From an uncultured Candidatus Saccharibacteria bacterium (GTDB taxonomy: Bacteria > Patescibacteriota > Minisyncoccia > Phycocordibacterales > CAYRGE01), in the NCBI GenBank assembly GCA_964423985.1, contig CAYRGE010000001.1:1-36992 (forward strand): DNA of 36,992 nt, given 5' to 3'. Below, piece by piece: positions 9,980-17,123 of the stretch. Both the position numbers and the translations under genes were made by a program. Position 1 is the first letter of the stretch. Every line of letters begins with the position of its first letter. The notes under the pieces were generated by a model. That model did no database searches. It was not told the DNA's origin and was given only the letters and a program-made list of their open reading frames with translations.

Positions 9980-10010
9980 GTTGTATTGAAATTAAAAGAT
10001 ATAATACAAC
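9980..10010. promoter_or_regulatory. Inverted repeat overlapping a TATAAT box; candidate operator/promoter of the HTH-led cassette
   Basis: gttgtatt (9980-9987) and aatacaac (10003-10010) are perfect 8-bp inverted arms 15 nt apart. TATAAT at 10000-10005 sits across the right arm. No good -35 hexamer is visible. Confidence 0.3.
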
Positions 10011-10096
10011 CTTCATTCAATAGCTTAACCAAACACTTTTAATAAAACAAGAATAAAATAAGGTTGAATTATGAAAAGAATAAATTTGGAGAGAAA

Positions 10097-10249
10097 ATGA
10101 AAAAGATACACTTAGAAAAGGAAATGTCGCAAGACGATGTTTGCCGAGCGTTATACTTGGACAGGTCGCACATCAGCAATGTTGAAAATGGAAAACAAAA
10201 TCTTACAATTAGTGCAATGGAAGAGATCGCTAAGCACTTGATACAATAG
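10097..10249 (+). CDS. XRE-family helix-turn-helix protein (short)
   Basis: ATG at 10097 is preceded by GGAG (10088-10091); the track start at 10064 is TTG. MSQDDVCRALYLDRSHISNVENGKQNLTISAMEEIAKHL matches the HTH_3/XRE pattern (..SQ..lA..lg.srs.is..E.Gk.n.....l..ia..l). Confidence 0.75.
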   Translation: MKKIHLEKEMSQDDVCRALYLDRSHISNVENGKQNLTISAMEEIAKHLIQ

Positions 10250-10281
10250 TCTATCAATTATTAGAATAACTAAAAAATATT

Positions 10282-10446
10282 ATGAACAATAAATCAAGCA
10301 ATCAAAAACAAAAAAAGATCATAAATACTGAAGCTAGGGGAAATGACAAAATTTATGGATACATGGCAAATGTTGTGAAAAAAGCAAAAAAGGACTTAGA
10401 AAAAATCGAAGCGGAAATAGAGGGACTTGAAAAAATTAACAATTAA
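10282..10446 (+). CDS. 54-aa Lys/Glu-rich predicted helical protein (below the ORF-track cutoff)
   Basis: Hand translation gives MNNKSSNQKQKKIINTEARGNDKIYGYMANVVKKAKKDLEKIEAEIEGLEKINN*. It starts 33 nt after the HTH stop, and its TAA (10444-10446) ends 4 nt before the ATPase ATG. The tight packing suggests it is co-transcribed. Confidence 0.45.
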   Translation: MNNKSSNQKQKKIINTEARGNDKIYGYMANVVKKAKKDLEKIEAEIEGLEKINN

Positions 10447-10450
10447 AACT

Positions 10451-12136
10451 ATGGAAAATTTTGAACTTAAAAAACAAATAGAACAAGCGAGCGATCCAGA
10501 GGTTTTGAAAACTACTCTTTTTGCTTTGCTTGATAAAATAGATTTGTTGGAACAACGTCTCTCAATTGTTGATAAAAGCGGAGATGGTCAAGAGAATGTT
10601 TCTGATATTATTGCCAACAAAAGAGACAGGTTGGAAGAAATTCGTCATGGGTTGACTGAATTAAACGAAAGAATGGAAAAGCCGTATCTTGTTTCCGCAG
10701 AGCTTGAGGCAGTAAAAGAGGTTTTAGATATTTTATCTGAAGCGGGAGAATGTAATTCTGTAATTCTTGAGGGAGAGCCTGGAACAGGTAAAACACAGTG
10801 GGCATATTCTGAAGTAGGACAAGAATTGCAAGACGGAAAAGATGTTTCTCTTGTGCATGTTCGCGTTAAAGACACAATGCGTGCTCAGGATTTATTATAT
10901 AGTATTGATGATGTTCGTCGCTTGAGTGACGCACAAGCACAAGCACAGGTTCCCGACCAAATCCGTCAGGAAGCTGGCGAATGGAAACAAAAAATAATAG
11001 CTGGCGACATAAACCCAAACGAAGACAAAGAATATGGGATTTTTAAAGCAAAAATGGAAGCAATTGTTGAGTTAGGAGAAACAGCGAAAGATTTGAATTA
11101 TTTAAATTATGTTGATTTGGGTCCACTTGGTGAAGCAATTCATCAATCAGGAAAGGGACAGAGAGTATATTTAGTGATTGATGAAATTGAAAAAGGGCGT
11201 GAAGAACTGATGACAGGTATTTTAGACGAGATTGAAAACCTAACTTTCACAATTGGAGAAACTGGAACCGTGGTAAAAGGAGACAAAAAGAACATGCGAA
11301 TAGTTATTACTACAAATACAGAGGATTCTGATAAGATTCCTCCTTCATTTCGCAGGCGAAGTTTATACCACTACATAGATTATCCGAACCGAGCGGATAT
11401 GAAAAAGATTGTAGAGTTGAATTTTCCAGATATTCAAAGAGAGTTACTTGATTATACTATTTCTATTTTCTATCAATACCAAGAAAATAATGAAGTAGAG
11501 AAAAAGCCTTCTACCCCAGAGTTTTTGGCGTGGATTAGAGTTTTGAGCAAAGAATTTGACGGATCAATTCCCGACAATATTCCACATAAAGAAATCTTAT
11601 TGAAGTATCAAGAAGATATGGAATTGGATATTGGAAGAATAAATGTAGAGGCACATGAGGAAATGGAACAATCAGAAGAAGTACTTCCACATTTTGTGCA
11701 AAGAGCATTTCGTGGTGATCAAATTTATCACATTACCGACAATATAAATAATCACAATAATCAAGATAAATATTCTGCATTTTATGCAAAGCTTCAAAAT
11801 AAGGGCGTAAATTTTATGACTCCAAAATTTGGTGAGGAATATGATAATCGCTGTAGTAAGCATGTGCAGAAAGTACAAAGAAGTTTTCAGATTGTTGTGC
11901 CAGGAGTTGAACATCTTGGAAATGGTTATTACGTAATTCCTGATGATAAATTATCTTTACTTGATGAAGTTATTGATACAGAAACAAAAGTTTTATCAGC
12001 AGGACAAAATTTCTCATCCATAAAAGAAAAAAGTGGCGATGTGACGATTGGTCAAATTGAGATTGACGGATACCAACGAGAAGCGTTTATGGGGGATGAC
12101 GGTAGAGTTGTGGTAAATAAACCCTACAATCGATAA
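10451..12136 (+). CDS. MoxR/CoxD-like (AAA_5-type) AAA+ ATPase with N-terminal coiled-coil and unassigned C-terminal domain
   Basis: Walker A GEPGTGKT (nt 10772-10795), Walker B VYLVIDEIE (DE at 11180-11185), sensor-1 ITTN, and the arginine cluster PPSFRRRSLYHYIDYP typical of MoxR/AAA_5 proteins. The start is ATG 10451 or the in-frame TTG at 10427. About 170 C-terminal residues have no recognisable motif. Confidence 0.8.
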   Translation: MENFELKKQIEQASDPEVLKTTLFALLDKIDLLEQRLSIVDKSGDGQENVSDIIANKRDRLEEIRHGLTELNERMEKPYLVSAELEAVKEVLDILSEAGECNSVILEGEPGTGKTQWAYSEVGQELQDGKDVSLVHVRVKDTMRAQDLLYSIDDVRRLSDAQAQAQVPDQIRQEAGEWKQKIIAGDINPNEDKEYGIFKAKMEAIVELGETAKDLNYLNYVDLGPLGEAIHQSGKGQRVYLVIDEIEKGREELMTGILDEIENLTFTIGETGTVVKGDKKNMRIVITTNTEDSDKIPPSFRRRSLYHYIDYPNRADMKKIVELNFPDIQRELLDYTISIFYQYQENNEVEKKPSTPEFLAWIRVLSKEFDGSIPDNIPHKEILLKYQEDMELDIGRINVEAHEEMEQSEEVLPHFVQRAFRGDQIYHITDNINNHNNQDKYSAFYAKLQNKGVNFMTPKFGEEYDNRCSKHVQKVQRSFQIVVPGVEHLGNGYYVIPDDKLSLLDEVIDTETKVLSAGQNFSSIKEKSGDVTIGQIEIDGYQREAFMGDDGRVVVNKPYNR

Positions 12137-12141
12137 TAATT

Positions 12142-13920
12142 ATGAGCGAAAAATTTTTCAAAAGAGAATTTATTCCCCCAGAAGAAAGAGATTTGCGCAA
12201 ATTCAAAGGCTCTAATCTCAAAGAAGTTATTGAGTTTTTAGAAGGTGCAGATACAGAAAATATAAAGGAATATACTGGTGACAAAGAATGGAAGGAGTAT
12301 TTAGACAGGGAGGGTCAAAGTATTTTTGATGGTTTTTTGACTTTACTTCGTGAAAAAGGTGTGCGAGTTTCCACTCCAGAATGGTTGCAATTTCTTCAAG
12401 TCATAGAAAAGAAAACAACTGCAGAAGATTTGAAAAAGATCGTTGGAACAAACGAACTTTTAAATAAAGTTCGTTTGTTCGCGCAAACCACTTTAGTAAA
12501 GGACAAATCAGAAGAACTATCATTTCATGAAGCATTTGATGAATACTTTGAATTAGCGGCAAAAATATACAGTCGCGAATTGCAGGATGAAGAAGCAGAA
12601 AAAAAAGAAACAGAAGTGCAAGACAGTCGCGACAGTGGTATAGAGCCTGAAATAAAAGAACAACTTGGAATAGATGAGGTTGATGAAAATTTAGATCTAC
12701 CGGAAGGTGGAGAGCATGATGATGACGAAAAAAAGCATGGTGGAAAAGAGGATCAACACAACGACATTTTGAAGAAAGAAGATTTGGCAAAAAAGGGTGG
12801 CGGAAACAAAAAAGATGGAGAAACTGGTGAAGGAGATAAAGGTCAGCCAAGTGAGGGAAAAGGTAAAAAAGGAGAAGCTGGTCATGGTGAGGGAGACAAA
12901 GGAAAGGAGGGGGAAGGAAAAGGCGATAAGGGTGAAGTTGGAGCAGGTAAAGGAAATAAAGGCGACCCTTCTGGAATGGGTAAAGGTAGTAAAAAGGGAG
13001 CCGAAAATAACGAGTCAGGAAATCAGTCAGTACCACCAGAATCTCCCGAATCTGAACAACAAAAAGTTAGTCAAAAAGGATTTTTAGTCGGCGGCGGAAA
13101 AGGTAAATCTATTTTTGCAGAACGAGTCAATCAGCCGCATATTACTCACAGAGGCGAAAGATTAACGAAACAAGATATAAAAGACAGAAAGAAAAAAGTT
13201 GGAAAAGTTGACCGACGAATGAGATATGAAGTGAGACCAGATAAAGCAAGTATGCGAGAAGTTATTAGAAATCTTCGCAGGATTATTATGGATGTTTCTG
13301 AGGTAAAAAGTAGCGATGTTGATCTGAAAAGAACTGTTAAAAATTTTGCTCGTCGTGATTTTCGCTTTGACTATGAACGAGAAAGAGAGAAACAACCAGA
13401 AGTTGTTTTGCTTATAGATGTTGGCGGTTCTGTTAACAAGTGGAGTCCGCTGATGAAAGAGGTTGTTGAAGAAATGGCGAAAGGACTTAGTAAATTAGAA
13501 GTGTATCTTTTTCATAATAATTTATATGGATATGTTTGGAAACCAGACCCAAAAGACCTGCTTGCTTCAAGTTATGCAAAACCAAATTCTTTGATTGATT
13601 TAAAAAAAGTTGTTAAAAGAAGAAAAAAAGTAATTGTTTACGGAGATGCAGATATGTCATATTCTGAATTTGAAGGAGATTGCTGGCTACCAAGCGGGAA
13701 TGATAAATTAGTAGAAAAATTTGGAATGGGCGGAGAAGAAAGTCTAAAATTTATAAAAAAGAAAGCAGACTCGGTTGTATGGATAAATCCAATATTTGCA
13801 AAAGAGTGGGATAAGCAAGATGATTCTAGAGCAATTGAAGCTATCAATGATATTATACCTATGCACGATTTAACTGTCGGTGGAGTTGAAGACGCAATAA
13901 AGGAATTAATGAAAAAGTAA
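12142..13920 (+). CDS. CoxE-type von Willebrand factor A (VWA) protein with long disordered linker
   Basis: The ATG lies 5 nt after the ATPase stop. The N-terminal FLTLLREKGVRVSTPEWLQFLQVI resembles the CoxE-family N-terminal helix pair. The C-terminal VDLKRTVKNF..PEVVLLIDVGGSV..VYLFHN..VIVYGDADM..VVWINP matches the VWA_CoxE layout. The MIDAS position reads DVGGS rather than DxSxS. Confidence 0.8.
   Translation: MSEKFFKREFIPPEERDLRKFKGSNLKEVIEFLEGADTENIKEYTGDKEWKEYLDREGQSIFDGFLTLLREKGVRVSTPEWLQFLQVIEKKTTAEDLKKIVGTNELLNKVRLFAQTTLVKDKSEELSFHEAFDEYFELAAKIYSRELQDEEAEKKETEVQDSRDSGIEPEIKEQLGIDEVDENLDLPEGGEHDDDEKKHGGKEDQHNDILKKEDLAKKGGGNKKDGETGEGDKGQPSEGKGKKGEAGHGEGDKGKEGEGKGDKGEVGAGKGNKGDPSGMGKGSKKGAENNESGNQSVPPESPESEQQKVSQKGFLVGGGKGKSIFAERVNQPHITHRGERLTKQDIKDRKKKVGKVDRRMRYEVRPDKASMREVIRNLRRIIMDVSEVKSSDVDLKRTVKNFARRDFRFDYEREREKQPEVVLLIDVGGSVNKWSPLMKEVVEEMAKGLSKLEVYLFHNNLYGYVWKPDPKDLLASSYAKPNSLIDLKKVVKRRKKVIVYGDADMSYSEFEGDCWLPSGNDKLVEKFGMGGEESLKFIKKKADSVVWINPIFAKEWDKQDDSRAIEAINDIIPMHDLTVGGVEDAIKELMKK
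12826..13005 (+). repeat. Three imperfect 60-nt (20-aa) in-frame tandem repeats inside the VWA gene
   Basis: GEGDKGQPSEGKGKKGEAGH / GEGDKGKEGEGKGDKGEVGA / GKGNKGDPSGMGKGSKKGAE. At DNA level ggtgaaggagataaagg (12826) recurs as ggtgagggagacaaagg (12886) and ggtaaaggaaataaagg (12946). Confidence 0.8.
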
Positions 13921-13921
13921 A

Positions 13922-14191
13922 GGCTACGATGTTGTTTTTAAAAATGTAGATTGGAAGAAAAAATTATCACAACAGACTTTCGAGATATCTGAAGACTCAG
14001 TGATTTTTGGTTTCTCTCTAGGTGCTGTTCTTTCATGGTTAGTGGCTCAAGATTATAAATGTAAACAAATAATACTTGCTTCTATGACACCTCAATACTC
14101 TTGAGAAGATGGAGAAACAAAAAAAGCTCTGATTGATTTACTAGGTAATCCTTCCCCAAAAAGAACTGGTTTTAAAAAAGTCTTAAGATAA
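13922..14191 (+). pseudogene. Truncated alpha/beta-hydrolase gene remnant
   Basis: The frame has no start codon and begins immediately after the VWA stop. It reads GYDVVFKNVDW...SVIFGFSLGAVLSWLVAQ with a nucleophile elbow G-F-S-L-G (14009-14023). There is an in-frame TGA at 14102-14104 and TAA at 14189-14191. The same frame stays open again to TAG at 14303-14305. Confidence 0.6.
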
Positions 14192-14362
14192 CAAATTAAA
14201 AGAGTACAGAATTTATTAAAAGGAATACCTAGAAAAACCTTAACTCGGTGTACACCTTACGAAGTTTTTGATAAACTAATGAATAAGCGCTCGGTTAGAG
14301 ATTAGAAACTAAGCAATAAGAGTATCTTACAATATAAAATTAGTAAATAATAAATAAATAGT

Positions 14363-15637
14363 ATGCTAGATATTAAATTTATTCAAGAAAATAAAGATAT
14401 TGTGCAGGCGGGAGCAAAAAAGAAACACATTGATTTTAATGTTGATGCACTTATTGTTGCTGATAATAAAAGAAAAGAGATGATTAATGAAGTTGAGTCT
14501 ATGCGTGCTGAACAAAACATAGCATCTGAAAAAATAAGCCAAACTCAAGACCAAGACATACGCCAAAAACTTATAAATGAAGTTCGTGGTTTTAAGGAAA
14601 TACTTCAATCAAAAGAAGAAGAGTTAAAAATCATAATGCAGGAATGGCAAAATCTGATGATTAGGGTTCCGAATATTCCAGATATGTCTGTGCCAGAAGG
14701 AGCTTCAGATCAAGACAATAAAGAAATAAGTAAATGGGGTGAGATATCTGAGTTCCAAACTGGTTTTAAAAACCATATTGAATTAATGCAAGACCTTGAT
14801 ATGGTTGATTTTGAGAGGGGTGTCAAGGTTGCTGGATTTAGGGGGTATTTTTTGAAGAATGAAGGAGTTACATTGTCTGTTGCTCTTTGGCGGTATGGTA
14901 TGGATAAACTTATTCAGAAAGGATATCAACCAATGATGGTTCCATCTTTGTTGAACAAAAACTCGTTTTTAGGAACTGGTTATTTGCCTCAAGGTGAGGA
15001 AGATTTATATAAAACTCAAGACAATAACTATCTTGCCGGTACATCTGAGGTTGGAATAATGGGATACTATATGGGTGATACCATAAACATAAATAGCTTA
15101 CCTAAAAAAATAGTTGGATTATCTCCTTGTTTTAGGCGCGAGGCGGGTAGTCATGGGAGAGACACGAAAGGGCTAATGCGTGTACACGAGTTTTTTAAAC
15201 TAGAACAGGTTATTTTCTGTGAAGCAAACCACGACGAGAGTGTTAAGCAACATGAAGAGCTTCTTTGTAATGCAGAAGAAATTATGAAAGGACTTGAAAT
15301 TCCGTATCGCGTAGTTGTAAATTGTGGAGGAGATCTTGGATTAGGGCAGGTGAAAAAATATGATATTGAAGCGTGGGTGCCGTCTGAAGACAAATATAGA
15401 GAAACACACTCCGCCTCATATTTTCATGATTTTCAAACACGCAGATTAAACATAAAATATCGTGACCAAGAAGGAATCCTCAGGTTTGTACATTCATTAA
15501 ACAACACAGCAGTAGCAACACCACGCCTTTTAATCTCATTGCTTGAAAATCACCAAAATGCAGATGGAACAATAAAAATTCCAGAAGCACTACAGCCATA
15601 TATGGGGAATAAAAATATTATTTCTTTTAAAAATTAA
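14363..15637 (+). CDS. serS: Seryl-tRNA synthetase
   Basis: 424-aa ORF with an ATG start. It has an N-terminal coiled-coil arm, class II motif 2 (CFRREAGSHGRDTKGLMRVHEF) and motif 3 (NNTAVATPRLLISLLENHQ). Confidence 0.95.
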   Translation: MLDIKFIQENKDIVQAGAKKKHIDFNVDALIVADNKRKEMINEVESMRAEQNIASEKISQTQDQDIRQKLINEVRGFKEILQSKEEELKIIMQEWQNLMIRVPNIPDMSVPEGASDQDNKEISKWGEISEFQTGFKNHIELMQDLDMVDFERGVKVAGFRGYFLKNEGVTLSVALWRYGMDKLIQKGYQPMMVPSLLNKNSFLGTGYLPQGEEDLYKTQDNNYLAGTSEVGIMGYYMGDTININSLPKKIVGLSPCFRREAGSHGRDTKGLMRVHEFFKLEQVIFCEANHDESVKQHEELLCNAEEIMKGLEIPYRVVVNCGGDLGLGQVKKYDIEAWVPSEDKYRETHSASYFHDFQTRRLNIKYRDQEGILRFVHSLNNTAVATPRLLISLLENHQNADGTIKIPEALQPYMGNKNIISFKN

Positions 15638-15757
15638 ACCTTGTTTTATTTTGTTTGGTGGTAATTTAAAACCAATAGCAGAAAAAGCAGTGCGCAGAAT
15701 ATTTGAAAGAGAGTGCGTAAAAAATAGATTGGTATATAAAAGCAAAACAACAATAAA

Positions 15758-16627
15758 ATGAAACGAAAGCGTAATTTTCTAGAAACACCAAAGCGTATTC
15801 GTCGCAGGAGACAAAGGCGTATTATAAAAACAGTAGCATCCGTGTTGATTTTTTTGTTTACAACACTTGGCTTGTTTTTTATAGTCAATAATGAACGATT
15901 GTTGATTTCAAGTATAGAAATAACCAACAACGATGTTGTCAAAACAGAACATTTAAGGGATATTGTAGAGGAAGAGATTAGTGGAAAATATTTTTTTCTT
16001 TTTGCAAGAAAAAACGCACTTTTTTTACCACGGAAATCTATTGAAAAAAAAATACTTAATAAACACAAAAGAGTAGAAAGTATACACATTAATCTTGTTG
16101 GGTTAAATACATTAAATCTAAGTATTACTGAACGGGTCCCGTATGCATTGTGGTGTGGGGAAAAACAATCAAAAGAAATAGAAAATTTCACTGTAACTGA
16201 TTCTTGTTTTTTTATTGATCGTACAGGTTTTGTTTTTGACAAAGCCCCTGGTTTTTCAAGATATGTATATTTTACGATATATAGCCCGCTTGATAAGGCA
16301 ATAAAAAACAACACAAACTGTCCAAAAGGAAGTTTTATAAGTTCAGAGGTTCCTTTTAAGTATCTTGTAAAATTTAGAGAAATACTTGCTTCAAGAAAAT
16401 TAAAAACAACACATTTAGTAATTCTACCGAACAAAGATTATAAGCTGATTCTTGTTAGTGGAGGGGAGTTGATTTTTAGCGGGAAACAGAATCCAAATAC
16501 AGTGTTGGATGATTTACTTTTTGCAATAGATAGAAAAAAAGTAGAATCTCCAGATATGTTTAAAAATCTCAAATACATAGATGCTAGGTTTATATCAACA
16601 CAAAGAGTGTTTTTCAAATTTCACTAA
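15758..16627 (+). CDS. ftsQ: Cell division protein FtsQ/DivIB-like (POTRA domain)
   Basis: 289 aa. It has a basic N-terminus, a single TM helix (VASVLIFLFTTLGLFFIV), then a POTRA-like segment ISSIEITNNDVVKTEHLRDIV...INLVGLNTLNLSITERVPYALW. Confidence 0.7.
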   Translation: MKRKRNFLETPKRIRRRRQRRIIKTVASVLIFLFTTLGLFFIVNNERLLISSIEITNNDVVKTEHLRDIVEEEISGKYFFLFARKNALFLPRKSIEKKILNKHKRVESIHINLVGLNTLNLSITERVPYALWCGEKQSKEIENFTVTDSCFFIDRTGFVFDKAPGFSRYVYFTIYSPLDKAIKNNTNCPKGSFISSEVPFKYLVKFREILASRKLKTTHLVILPNKDYKLILVSGGELIFSGKQNPNTVLDDLLFAIDRKKVESPDMFKNLKYIDARFISTQRVFFKFH

Positions 16628-16726
16628 CTCGTTCTTGCTTTGAAGTGGTATACTATATGACATAGAATTTGTAGCTAGTTTTTAAGAGATGTTTGTTTGA
16701 TAATTTAAAATATTCAACAAGGAATA

Positions 16727-17116
16727 ATGAGCACATTTAGTCTATTAAAAACATATTTTGCATGGCACTACTCTGTTGCCTTGCTTGGAATTTGGAAAAT
16801 ATTTATTGATATAGAGTGGTTTTTATACAATTTTTTTTCAACAAAACTCCTTTTGCAGACACTATTTTCTAAATGGAGAAGACTTGGAGAAAAAAGAACC
16901 AAGAAAGTTGACATAATGGATTTTTTCACTGTTTTGATTGTAAACACACTTATGCGAATAATAGGTGTGTTTGTGCGACTTTTTCTAATAATTACTAGTA
17001 TTGTTTTTATGGTTGTGTGTGGCGTAATTAGTATTGTTGTGTTTTTCGTATGGCTTGTTTTGCCATTGTTAATTATCAGCTCTCTTGTCGTTGGGCTAAA
17101 ATTATTGTTTTTATAA
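16727..17116 (+). CDS. Small polytopic membrane protein, unknown function
   Basis: 129-aa ORF with an ATG start. It has one hydrophobic segment near the N-terminus and a long hydrophobic C-terminal half. It ends 7 nt before the Clp-like gene. Confidence 0.55.
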   Translation: MSTFSLLKTYFAWHYSVALLGIWKIFIDIEWFLYNFFSTKLLLQTLFSKWRRLGEKRTKKVDIMDFFTVLIVNTLMRIIGVFVRLFLIITSIVFMVVCGVISIVVFFVWLVLPLLIISSLVVGLKLLFL

Positions 17117-17123
17117 AAAAATT

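Noticed and set aside
12826-13005. The Gly-rich repeats might be collagen-like triple-helix repeats.
   Set aside because: Glycine is not held at every third position (e.g. GDK GQP SEG KGK KGE AGH), so this is a disordered Gly/Lys linker and not Gly-X-Y collagen.
12401-13087. ORFs of 211 aa (minus), 62 aa (minus) and 96 aa (plus, alternate frame) inside the VWA gene.
   Set aside because: They are artefacts of the purine-rich, repeat-containing Gly/Lys/Glu linker, which stays open in several frames. The VWA frame is the only one with conserved domains on both sides.
14102-14104. The in-frame TGA inside the hydrolase-like frame might indicate TGA recoding (code 4/25, as in some candidate phyla).
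   Set aside because: All long conserved genes in the window (dnaE 1087 aa, clp-like 828 aa, topA 729 aa and others) are uninterrupted under the standard code and end sensibly. A second in-frame stop (TAA at 14189) and the missing start show that this frame is simply a pseudogene.
9929-14362. The cassette might be a bona fide mobile element (integrative island or transposon).
   Set aside because: I could find no integrase, transposase, tRNA attachment site or flanking direct or inverted repeats by eye. Only the adjacent pseudogene hints at a rearrangement, so mobility is not claimed.
15646-16434. 262-aa ORF on the minus strand.
   Set aside because: It lies entirely antisense to the FtsQ-like gene. 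Its composition is low-complexity and hydrophobic, as is typical of the shadow frame of an AT-rich gene, and it has no recognisable motif.
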